Shown here piece after piece: positions 18,677 to 26,653 of a stretch of 35,500 nt of DNA. Location: contig JBAMLY010000007.1 of NCBI GenBank assembly GCA_039794045.1, positions 1 to 35,500 on the forward strand, written 5' to 3'. The translations under genes and the position numbers were made by a program. The DNA comes from Candidatus Micrarchaeia archaeon (lineage in GTDB: Archaea; Micrarchaeota; Micrarchaeia; Norongarragalinales; UBA8480). Numbering within the stretch: position 1 is the stretch's first letter; each line of letters opens with the position of its first letter. Below the pieces are notes generated by a model, which ran no database searches, had not been told where the DNA came from, and worked only from the letters and a program-made list of their open reading frames with translations.

Positions 18677-19144
18677 ATGAGTCAGCCGAAAAACAAGTTC
18701 TCAGTGTACAAGCCCAACAAGAACTCTTCGGGCAGCGCAGTCCAGTTTGACTTCAACCGCGAAAAGCAATGCATTTTCCTGGAAGCAGCAAGGCAAGTGG
18801 CTTCGCAGGCGCAGGGCGCACAGCAAAACGCTTTCGACTGGGGAAACAAAATAGTCTTCAAGCTCGGTTTGACGGACATGGGAAAGCTCCTCGCAGTACT
18901 GCAAGGTCGCATTAAAAGCGTGGACTTGTTCCACGACCCGTCAAAGGGACAGTACACGCTGGGCACGGAAGTCAAAAACAACGCAGTCAGCTTCTCTAAA
19001 GGCGATTATGGTTACTTCTTGAAAGTTTCATCGCAGGGACGCGACGGCAAAGTCAGCGCAATCCAAATAAGCATAACAGAAGACGAGGCAGCGCTCCTGC
19101 AAGTATTGCTAGCTAAAGCAGTGGAAGAGTCCCTAGGTTGGTGA
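18677..19144 (+). CDS. Whirly-like ssDNA-binding protein (putative)
   Basis: FSVYK, FDWGNKIVFKLGLTDMG, LFHDPSKG, GYFLKVS, IQISITEDEAALL and terminal LGW are colinear with plant Whirly motifs. Confidence 0.7.
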   Translation: MSQPKNKFSVYKPNKNSSGSAVQFDFNREKQCIFLEAARQVASQAQGAQQNAFDWGNKIVFKLGLTDMGKLLAVLQGRIKSVDLFHDPSKGQYTLGTEVKNNAVSFSKGDYGYFLKVSSQGRDGKVSAIQISITEDEAALLQVLLAKAVEESLGW

Positions 19145-19145
19145 G

Positions 19146-19454
19146 TCAAAGCAAGTCTTGAGCGAGTTGCAGGGCTTCACGCTTGCGCTTGCTGCCGGCT
19201 TCAATGAATAACGTGCTCACGCGAGGCAAGGGAGTAAGCTTAGCCACTAGAACGCCTTTCGAGTCTTTTATCAGTAACGCGTTGCGAAACTTTTGCGTTG
19301 AAAAACCGTAAGCCGAAGCGAGCTTGGCGACATCGCTTTCGCTCACCCGTCTCCCCAAATGAATCAAGCTATTGCCTTCCCGAGTTTCAGCGAAAGCCTT
19401 GCCGTGGTGTTCTTCTTTCACGATGTTCTTCAATCCCTTTATTCCCCAAGCCAT
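19146..19454 (-). CDS. Hypothetical protein
   Basis: 102-aa ORF whose ATG overlaps the pilin stop codon (TAATG). Confidence 0.55.
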   Translation of the reverse strand: MAWGIKGLKNIVKEEHHGKAFAETREGNSLIHLGRRVSESDVAKLASAYGFSTQKFRNALLIKDSKGVLVAKLTPLPRVSTLFIEAGSKRKREALQLAQDLL

Positions 19455-19642
19455 TAAGGGTTCACCGTAGCATTAGAAAAGTTTGCGAGTTGGGTGAAGT
19501 ACTCCGTTGAAGCGTTTTGAGTCTGGTTCGCGCCAGGCTGTAAAACGAATGCCTTGATAACGGTAATCACTATGACTATAAAGAGCACTACTGCGCCAGC
19601 CAAGAGAATGTATTCAATGGCGCCCTGCGCTTTTTCATCCAT
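19454..19642 (-). CDS. Type IV pilin-like protein with class III signal peptide
   Basis: MDEKA/QGAIEY followed by a hydrophobic helix (Glu at +5); N-x-S/T sequons in a short tail. Confidence 0.85.
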   Translation of the reverse strand: MDEKAQGAIEYILLAGAVVLFIVIVITVIKAFVLQPGANQTQNASTEYFTQLANFSNATVNP

Positions 19643-19666
19643 GAAAAACCTTAAGCCAACCGAGTT

Positions 19667-20974
19667 TTAAATCCTTGCTTGCTGCTGCGAGACTGCTTCG
19701 CGTATGGCTGCGAGCTTCTCGTAATAAGAAGCCCTGCCTGCAACGAAATTAAAGCGCGCTGAAGCAAGGGCAACCACTACTGCCACGCCGAGAATCACAG
19801 CTATTACGATTAAGTTGTTGGAGACAGCTGCAATGAACATGCCAGTAATGCCGCCGTTTTTTCCCTTGATTGGCTCGAGTTCCTTGCGGTAAATTTCTTT
19901 TCCCTCGCTGGAAACTACTAGAACTGGCTTCGCGGCTTCCTCGGAAGTGGTGGCTTCCACGTAAATTTTTTTCGTGGCGTTTTCGCCGGGTTGCAAGTCA
20001 AAGGGCGCTGGGCTCTTGACTATCCAGCCGTCAGGCAAGCCGGTTATCGTTGCGTAAACTTCCTTCAAGGTCTCATTGCCTGGATTTGAAACCGTGATCT
20101 CAATAGCGTACTGCAAGCTGGAATTGTCTGGTGAGGCGTTCACTGAAGGCTGCAGAGCGCGAGCTGGCTGCGCTGGCGCTACCACCTTGAAAGTGAAGTC
20201 CTTCCACCCTACTATCCTTCCTCCCTCTATGACTTGGAGAGCCAAGTGAAGTGAGTCTCCTTCTGCCGCGTTTTCGCAGCGAACGTCAAACTCTGCCTTG
20301 CCGACTTCATTACGCGAAAGCGCTAGTTTTTCTGGCCACAATACCGGCTTTAATGCGTCGTCGTCGCCCACGAGCTTGAGTTGAAAGTCGCCTGCGGCTC
20401 CGAAGTTGCGTAGCTCAACTTTTATGGTGCGAAGAATTCCGGGTTCTATCTTTATCGTGTCAGACTGCGGGAAAACAGGAGATACTTGAACGTAGTAGTA
20501 AGACGGGTCAAAGTAAGCGTGGGCTCCATTGTACTCGTTGTAGTTTTCTTGTTTCGCGTGAAAGTACTGGGGGCACTCGCGCAACGGGTAAACGCTGGCG
20601 ACTACGCGCAAGGAAGCACTCTCTGCCTTGGAGCCGTCGGGCCTCTTCAAAGAAACCGACAACTTGATTGGAAAATCTCCCTCGAAACAAGAAGGCGTGG
20701 AAAGGCGCACGATTATGCTTTTAGTAGCGCCTGCAGGCACGAGTCCCTGGGAAGCGTCAAACCAGGCGTCAACTATGCTGGACTGCGCGCTGATTTCAAA
20801 CAAGCGCGGCTGGCTGTCGTCGTTCGTGAACGAGACGATCAAGCGAGCACTCGACTCGTCAGTAAGCGAAACCGATGAAGCCGAAGCTTGAAGCGACAAC
20901 GCAGAAGCCATTCCTGCGAGCAATGCTACCGCAATCAAGGCAACGCCCGCGGACGCCAAAACGAGTTTTCTCAT
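19667..20974 (-). CDS. Membrane-anchored Ig-like surface protein
   Basis: Signal peptide MRKLVLASAG..ASA; beta-rich domains including TGLPDGW; ITGMF, TM helix and tail; start moved to ATG 20974. Confidence 0.85.
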   Translation of the reverse strand: MRKLVLASAGVALIAVALLAGMASALSLQASASSVSLTDESSARLIVSFTNDDSQPRLFEISAQSSIVDAWFDASQGLVPAGATKSIIVRLSTPSCFEGDFPIKLSVSLKRPDGSKAESASLRVVASVYPLRECPQYFHAKQENYNEYNGAHAYFDPSYYYVQVSPVFPQSDTIKIEPGILRTIKVELRNFGAAGDFQLKLVGDDDALKPVLWPEKLALSRNEVGKAEFDVRCENAAEGDSLHLALQVIEGGRIVGWKDFTFKVVAPAQPARALQPSVNASPDNSSLQYAIEITVSNPGNETLKEVYATITGLPDGWIVKSPAPFDLQPGENATKKIYVEATTSEEAAKPVLVVSSEGKEIYRKELEPIKGKNGGITGMFIAAVSNNLIVIAVILGVAVVVALASARFNFVAGRASYYEKLAAIREAVSQQQARI

Positions 20975-20998
20975 TAACACAACCCCACGTTCAATGAT

Positions 20999-21071
20999 GT
21001 TACTATTAATGAGTTGCAACATATAAAAAGCTTTTGTTTTGTTACTCTTGAAAAGTAAATACATTTATATA
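20999..21071. promoter_or_regulatory. Divergent promoter region with two GTTACT-N7-AGT sites, each abutting a TATA-like box
   Basis: GTTACT-ATTAATG-AGTTGC (20999-21017) plus ATATAAAA; GTTACT-CTTGAAA-AGTAAA (21041-21059) plus TTTATATA. Confidence 0.6.
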
Positions 21072-21190
21072 TTTGTTAGTTGAAAAGAAATACGTCAAAA
21101 AAAAGGGTGCGCGGCTTGCAATTAATGGAAAAAACTTTTCCAAGTGAAGATAAATTTAAAAAGAAGGGTTCTGTGAATTCTGCGAATTCT

Positions 21191-21934
21191 ATGCCTTACA
21201 ACCAAGAAATACTTAACAGTCTTCGCAGGCTGGGGCTCAACCAATACGAAACGCGTGCTTACTATACTTTGAATGCCTTGGGCACCAGCACTGCCGGCGA
21301 GTTAAGCGAGAAAGCCGAGCTTCCCCGCCCGCGTGTTTACGACGTGCTAACCAGCCTTCAAGACAAGGGCTTTGTGGCGCTTCAGCCAGGCAGGCCAGTG
21401 CGCTATGCTTCCCTGCCGCTCTCGGAGGCAATCAAGACGCTCAAGAAGCAGAAGGAACAAGCCCTCTTGGAAGAAATAGCTGCAATGGAGAAGATAAGCA
21501 GTGAGTTAAGCGCTAAAATGAAGAACACTAAAGTCGCCGAAAAATTTAACATAGACGAAAACGTTTGGACGCTTAAAGGAAGAGACGCTATCTACTCTAA
21601 AATAGGTTCAATGCTCGGCGCCGCCAAAAACCACATTATAATAAGTTCCAGCACTGAAGGAGTGGCGCGCAAGTTTGCAGCGTATTCGGCCGAGATAGAG
21701 AAAGCGCGCTCTAAGGGAGTCAAAATAAAGGTAGTCTCAAAAAACGTTCCGAAAAACATTGCTTCAAAAGTGCACTTGCATGAACGAGAGCTTCCCACTA
21801 GGTTCGTGGTGGCGGACGACCAAGCACTAATTTTCTTGACAGACGAGCAAACGCCGGCGGAAGAAGAAGTAGGCGTTTGGATGCAGAGCCCGCACTTGAG
21901 CGCTACACTAAAAAGCTTGGTTGAAGGAAACTAA
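21191..21934 (+). CDS. TrmB-family transcriptional regulator
   Basis: LRRLGLNQYETRAY, ELSEKAELPRPRVYDVLTSLQDKGFV, GRPVRY wHTH, coiled coil and effector-binding domain; start ATG 21191. Confidence 0.92.
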   Translation: MPYNQEILNSLRRLGLNQYETRAYYTLNALGTSTAGELSEKAELPRPRVYDVLTSLQDKGFVALQPGRPVRYASLPLSEAIKTLKKQKEQALLEEIAAMEKISSELSAKMKNTKVAEKFNIDENVWTLKGRDAIYSKIGSMLGAAKNHIIISSSTEGVARKFAAYSAEIEKARSKGVKIKVVSKNVPKNIASKVHLHERELPTRFVVADDQALIFLTDEQTPAEEEVGVWMQSPHLSATLKSLVEGN

Positions 21935-21951
21935 GCTGAACTCCCGCAAAA

Positions 21952-22602
21952 TCATGTTTGGGGTTGCGGCGAGGCTTCTGATCGAACTTCGGTTGCCTCG
22001 CGTTCAGGTAGTTCTTGTTTCTCTGGAACGTCGAAAACTTCTTTTAACTCCGTCTTATATATTTCAACGCGTCGAATTGGAACTATTTTCTTCAGCACTC
22101 CGACTGCCTCGCTGCTGGCTTTGCCGTACAAGACGAGGTTAATGAAGTTGCCGAAAGTATTCGTCGAAGCCTTGTTTTTCAGAAACTCGGTCATGGCGTT
22201 GCGCAAGGCAGTCTTTTTCGCCGAGCTCGCCCTCCCAGCCGTGACGACGAGTGCTTTCACCTTGAATTCTACGCCGTCTTTGGAGGAAACGGGGAGCACT
22301 ATCCAAAGCGCCTCGCGGTGGCGGCGCACGAGCGTCTGCAAGTACTCCCGCGCAATACTGTGCCCAATGAATTTCGCGTAAGCAGTCTTGCCCTTTATTT
22401 CTGTGACGCGCATTCGCACGTTAGTGTACATGTGCGCGATGTCCTTTGTTATCTCTTTCAACGGCACTTCAATGACGCGGTTCATCAAGTGCTCGTCGTC
22501 CAAAGCAGGAACTTGCGCGAACTGCACTTCATTCATGAATTTGGGAGCCAGAACGGCGTACCACGACTTTGATTTCCAAGTGTCAACTACTTTTTTTGCC
22601 AT
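21952..22602 (-). CDS. rps3ae: 30S ribosomal protein eS1 (S3Ae)
   Basis: DTWKSKSWYAVLAP, LVRRH, KKIVPIRRVEIYK. Confidence 0.95.
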   Translation of the reverse strand: MAKKVVDTWKSKSWYAVLAPKFMNEVQFAQVPALDDEHLMNRVIEVPLKEITKDIAHMYTNVRMRVTEIKGKTAYAKFIGHSIAREYLQTLVRRHREALWIVLPVSSKDGVEFKVKALVVTAGRASSAKKTALRNAMTEFLKNKASTNTFGNFINLVLYGKASSEAVGVLKKIVPIRRVEIYKTELKEVFDVPEKQELPEREATEVRSEASPQPQT

Positions 22603-22613
22603 TCAATCACTCC

Positions 22614-23066
22614 TCACTTCACTATGAGCGCTGCAGTTTCTGGGTCGTAAACCCAGTTCTTGGGAAGCTTCTTGCCCCGATAGTAGCGAACTAGTCTCTT
22701 GATCTTGCTTTCAACGTGGATGAGCTTCTGCTTGTTTGACTTGTCGCGCGGGTTGTCCTTCAAATGCTTGCGCATTGACACGGCGCGGCGAATCAAGTCA
22801 AGCAAGTCCGATGGGTACTTGCCTGCCAAGCCTTTTTCTTTCAGCAACTGCGTAATAGTCTTGCCAGTCACGAGCTTCACTGAAGGAATTCCGTGCTCGT
22901 CGCGCAAAGCCTGGCCTATTGCTGCCTCGCTTTTCCCTTCCTTGGCATACTTTTCAACCAACGCGGTAACTTCTTCTTTGGAGAGCGGAATCCAGCCAGG
23001 CGCTTGTTTTGCGCTCGGCTTTTTGGAGCCGCTTTTCCCCCTTTTCCTGCTGTGCAGTCTTGCCAT
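22614..23066 (-). CDS. rps15: 30S ribosomal protein uS15
   Basis: MARLHSRKRGKSGS, IGQALRDEHGIP, ESKIKRLVRYY, W.Y.PETA. Confidence 0.97.
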   Translation of the reverse strand: MARLHSRKRGKSGSKKPSAKQAPGWIPLSKEEVTALVEKYAKEGKSEAAIGQALRDEHGIPSVKLVTGKTITQLLKEKGLAGKYPSDLLDLIRRAVSMRKHLKDNPRDKSNKQKLIHVESKIKRLVRYYRGKKLPKNWVYDPETAALIVK

Positions 23067-23091
23067 TACAACCACTCCTTGCTGAAAGCAT

Positions 23092-25512
23092 TCAAACGCT
23101 TACAGTCAAATCAACTTCTCCTTCTTCCTTCAACTTGAATTCCACGTTCTTCAGCTTTCCGACGACGCGAAGTTCTTCCTCTACTTCCTCTAACTCCTTG
23201 AGAAGAAGCTCTGAAGCAGAAACCGTCGCGCTCGAAAGCTCTTCATTCAAGGCGAGAGAGTTGCTTGCCTTGAATTTGCGTATCTTGGAAAGAAGAGAGT
23301 GAAGAACGCCCACAATATTCTCCGCGTTTTTGTTTAAATATTCTTCTTCTGCGACAGGCCAGTCAGTCAAGTGCACGCTGCGCGCGCCGTCCCTTGCAGC
23401 AAAAAGTTGTTGGTATACTTCCTCGGCAGTAAAGGCAGCGAACGGAGCAAGCATTTTCGTCGTCTTAAGCGTTACCTCGTAAAGACACCTTTGCGCGGCG
23501 AGCTTGCTTTTCGCGTCCGGTTCTCTTCCGTCACGCGAAACGTAAATGCGGTGCTTGACGTCCTCCAAATAAAAATCGCAGAACTCGTGCCAGAAAAACG
23601 AGTGAAGCAAAGTAATCGCTGAATAAAAGTCGTAGTCCTCCATGAACTTCGTGCACTTGCCAATTGTTTCGTTGAGCCTGCTCAAAATCCAGCGGTCAGT
23701 CAAGCGCAACGGAGCAGACTTAGCTTGCTTCTCGTCAAATCCCTCGAGCGCCTTTTCCACGAACTTGCATGCATTCCAGTACTTGTTCAAGAACGACTGA
23801 GCGTAATTCACGTCCTTCCAAAAGAAAGAGTTGTCGTTGCCGGTAGAACCAGAAAGCGCTGCCCACTGGCGCAAGGCGTCCACGCTCGTGCGTGCAATGA
23901 CGTCCTTGGCTTCAACGTAGTTTCCGAGGCTCTTACTCATCTTCTTGCCGTCTTCGCCGCACACCATGCCGTTCACGAGCACTTCCTTGAATGGCGGCAC
24001 TCCAGTCAAGAGAGTGCAGCGGTGAATAGTGTAGAACGCCCAAGTGCGAATAATGTCCGTCCCTTGCGGGCGAAGAGAGGATGGATAAATTTTTTGCATT
24101 AACTCCTTGTTCTCAGGCCAGCCAGCGACAAACAAAGGAGTAATTGAAGAGTCAACCCAGCCATCGCAAATGCTGGTCTCGCCCTTCAACGCGCCGCCGC
24201 ACCGGCATTTCTTCACTGGCGGCTCGTCTTTAGTGGGGTCTACAGGCAATTGAGACTCTTTCGGCGCATAAACCTCGCCGCACTTTTCGCAGTACCAGAA
24301 AGGAATTGGGATGCCGAAAACGCGTTGGCGGGAAATGCACCAGTCCCACTCTAAACCGTTAACCCAGTCCATTAAAAGCTGGCGTGCTCGGTCTGGAACC
24401 CAGCGCATAGAGTGCGCCGCCTTCTTCACTGTTTCCTCGAATCCCTTCAAGCGAATGAACCACTGCAGGGAATTAAGGAGTTCTATTGGTTTCTTGCAGC
24501 GGTCGTGAATCTTGATCGTCTGCTTCAACTTTTCTTGTTTTTCAAGCAAGCCGGCTGCCTGCAAGTCCTCCAAAATCTTTGCTCTCGCTTTAGCCAAAGG
24601 CATTCCGTCGTAAGCGCCGGCGTTCACGAGGAGGCCGCGCTCGTCCATGAAATCAATTATTGGCAGCTTGTGGCGGTAAGCCCAAACGACGTCGGTCTTG
24701 TCGCCGAAAGTGCAAACCATTACAGCGCCAGTCCCAAAAGAAGAGTCCACGTCTGGGTCGGCTAGAATCGGAACTTCTTTCCCAAACAATGGAGTCACGC
24801 ACTTTCCGCCCACTAACGCCTTGAAGCGCTCGTCTTCTGGGTGGACGAGCACTGCAACGCAGGCGTGCAACAACTCTGGACGCGTAGTCGCAATCAAAAG
24901 CACTCCAGAAGGAGCTGCAGAGCACTTAAACTTCAAGAAGTTCAACAGAGTCTCGCGCTCTACTTCCTCGGTTTCAGCCTTCGCTATGGCGCTCTCGCAC
25001 GAAGGACACCATAGGACGGGATGTTTTTGGTGGTAAACCTGGTTTTTCCTGAACATCTCAATTAAAGAGTATTGAACTGCGCTGTAGTATTCCTTGTTCA
25101 AAGTATAGTATTCGCGGCTCCAGTCAATAGAGAAACCCATTTGCTTCATTTGAGTCTTGATGGAAGCAACCATTTCGTGGGACCACTCAAGGCAGCGCTT
25201 GCGAAACTCTTCCCTGGGCAGCTTCCCGTACTTTTTCTCTACCTTTACTTCGGTGGGAAATCCGTGGCAGTCCCATCCTTGGGGAAAGAAGACGTTGAAG
25301 CCACGCATTCTGCGAAAGCGCGCCACGAAGTCAATGTAGCACCAGTTCAGCGTGCTTCCAGTGTGGAATTCGCCAGTTGGAAAAGGAGGGGGAGTGTCAA
25401 TGGAGAAAATTGGTTTCTTGGCGTCAGACTCGTCGAAAGCGTAAAGCTTTAGTTGTTCCCACTTACTGGCCCACTTTTCCTCTAGTGCCCTGCAATCAAG
25501 TTGGCCCAGCAT
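23092..25512 (-). CDS. valS: Valyl-tRNA synthetase
   Basis: IDTPPP, HIGH-equivalent HTGS, GWDCHG, TTRPE, GTGAVMVCTFGD, WDWCISRQR, RPQGTDIIRTW, KMSKS. Confidence 0.96.
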   Translation of the reverse strand: MLGQLDCRALEEKWASKWEQLKLYAFDESDAKKPIFSIDTPPPFPTGEFHTGSTLNWCYIDFVARFRRMRGFNVFFPQGWDCHGFPTEVKVEKKYGKLPREEFRKRCLEWSHEMVASIKTQMKQMGFSIDWSREYYTLNKEYYSAVQYSLIEMFRKNQVYHQKHPVLWCPSCESAIAKAETEEVERETLLNFLKFKCSAAPSGVLLIATTRPELLHACVAVLVHPEDERFKALVGGKCVTPLFGKEVPILADPDVDSSFGTGAVMVCTFGDKTDVVWAYRHKLPIIDFMDERGLLVNAGAYDGMPLAKARAKILEDLQAAGLLEKQEKLKQTIKIHDRCKKPIELLNSLQWFIRLKGFEETVKKAAHSMRWVPDRARQLLMDWVNGLEWDWCISRQRVFGIPIPFWYCEKCGEVYAPKESQLPVDPTKDEPPVKKCRCGGALKGETSICDGWVDSSITPLFVAGWPENKELMQKIYPSSLRPQGTDIIRTWAFYTIHRCTLLTGVPPFKEVLVNGMVCGEDGKKMSKSLGNYVEAKDVIARTSVDALRQWAALSGSTGNDNSFFWKDVNYAQSFLNKYWNACKFVEKALEGFDEKQAKSAPLRLTDRWILSRLNETIGKCTKFMEDYDFYSAITLLHSFFWHEFCDFYLEDVKHRIYVSRDGREPDAKSKLAAQRCLYEVTLKTTKMLAPFAAFTAEEVYQQLFAARDGARSVHLTDWPVAEEEYLNKNAENIVGVLHSLLSKIRKFKASNSLALNEELSSATVSASELLLKELEEVEEELRVVGKLKNVEFKLKEEGEVDLTVSV

Positions 25513-25527
25513 TATGCTTGCATCCTC

Positions 25528-25701
25528 TCATTGTCCTTTAACGAACTTCTTAGTCCACTTTTTCCTGCGAGGGTTGCGCCCCATTCTCGCGTTAGCCTCG
25601 CATTTCCTGCTGCAGTAATGAATTGCCGTGCCGTCGCGCTTGAAGAGCGTAAAACCAGTTCCGACTGGTATCTTGTTTCCACAAAAAGAACACTCTGTCA
25701 C
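25528..25701 (-). CDS. rpl24e: 50S ribosomal protein eL24 (L24e); missed by the ORF track
   Basis: Manual translation from GTG 25701: MTECSFCGNKIPVGTGFTLFKRDGTAIHYCSRKCEANARMGRNPRRKKWT...; directly after rps28e. Confidence 0.95.
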   Translation of the reverse strand: MTECSFCGNKIPVGTGFTLFKRDGTAIHYCSRKCEANARMGRNPRRKKWTKKFVKGQ

Positions 25702-25707
25702 GAGTCA

Positions 25708-26007
25708 TCACTTCCTCTTAGGCTTGAGTGGCTTTGCCTCGCGCTCGGTTTCAAGCAGTATTATTATGTCTCCCTTGCGCACCGGGCCTTTGACGTTGCG
25801 GCGTATAACGCGGCCGCGGTCCTTGCCTTCGAGCACCTTGCACATGCACTGGTTTACTTCCCCGAAAACGCCAGTTCGTCCTATCACTTCAACTATTTCC
25901 GCTGGAAAGCCCTCCGAAAAACTGGGAGCTTGCGGCGGAATTGGTTTTGCTTCCTTTTGCGTTGAAGCAAGCGCTTTCCCGCCCTCGACTTTGCTGGGTT
26001 CAGTCAT
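25708..26007 (-). CDS. rps28e: 30S ribosomal protein eS28 (S28e) with N-terminal extension
   Basis: [35 protein letters not shown]. Confidence 0.96.
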   Translation of the reverse strand: MTEPSKVEGGKALASTQKEAKPIPPQAPSFSEGFPAEIVEVIGRTGVFGEVNQCMCKVLEGKDRGRVIRRNVKGPVRKGDIIILLETEREAKPLKPKRK

Positions 26008-26035
26008 TAAGAATTACCTCTCGCAATAGAAGAAA

Positions 26036-26521
26036 TCACTCCTTCTTTTCTCCTTCCGCTGCAGCCTTGGCTTTCTTTGCTGGTTTTTTCTCTTTCTTTT
26101 CCTCCTTTCGTTCCTTTTCTGATTCGCCTGCCTCGACTTTCAATCCTTGAAGAGAAGGAATAACGCCAGCCATCTTGGAAAGAATCTCTTTGACTGCTGC
26201 CTCGCCCGCGCCCGGCTTGGTTATCGCTACCGCTGCCGTGCCCACAGAAAGCCCTGCTGCTTTGCCGAGCCTCGCTTTCTCTCCAACGTAAACATAGGGA
26301 ATCTTTTTCTCGTTGCACAACTGCGGAATATGCATTACTATTTCTTCAGGGTCAACGTCTTCAGCCACCACGACGAGCTTGGCGTCGCTGCGCTCAATTG
26401 CCTTGGTTGCCTCGTTGGTTCCCTTGCGAAGCCCGCCGCCGTTGCGCGCCGCCTCCACTGCCTCAAGCGCTTTAGCCTGCACTTCAGCAGGAGTAGAAAA
26501 CTTAACGTAACTCTTAGCCAT
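26036..26521 (-). CDS. rpl7ae: Ribosomal/RNP protein eL8 (L7Ae)
   Basis: [36 protein letters not shown]-rich tail; start ATG 26521. Confidence 0.97.
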   Translation of the reverse strand: MAKSYVKFSTPAEVQAKALEAVEAARNGGGLRKGTNEATKAIERSDAKLVVVAEDVDPEEIVMHIPQLCNEKKIPYVYVGEKARLGKAAGLSVGTAAVAITKPGAGEAAVKEILSKMAGVIPSLQGLKVEAGESEKERKEEKKEKKPAKKAKAAAEGEKKE

Positions 26522-26557
26522 ACACTGCACCTCATTTCATTGGTTTTTCTTTTTGGC

Positions 26558-26577
26558 TGCCTTCATCTCATCAGGCA
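26558..26577 (-). promoter_or_regulatory. K-loop (L7Ae-binding) hairpin in the rpl7ae 5' UTR
   Basis: UGC-CUGA-UGAG-AUGAAG-GCA: D-like CUGA and C-like AUGA with tandem G-A pairs on a UGCCU/AGGCA stem; TATA-like box at 26611-26620. Confidence 0.65.
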
Positions 26578-26653
26578 AAAAAAAGCAGCGCAAAAATAGG
26601 GCCGGCAAACTTTAAATATATTTTGAAAGCACCAAAAAAAGAAAGGGAGAGTT

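Noticed and set aside
25501..26029. Plus-strand ORFs of 154 and 133 aa
   Set aside because: Antisense shadows of rpl24e and rps28e.
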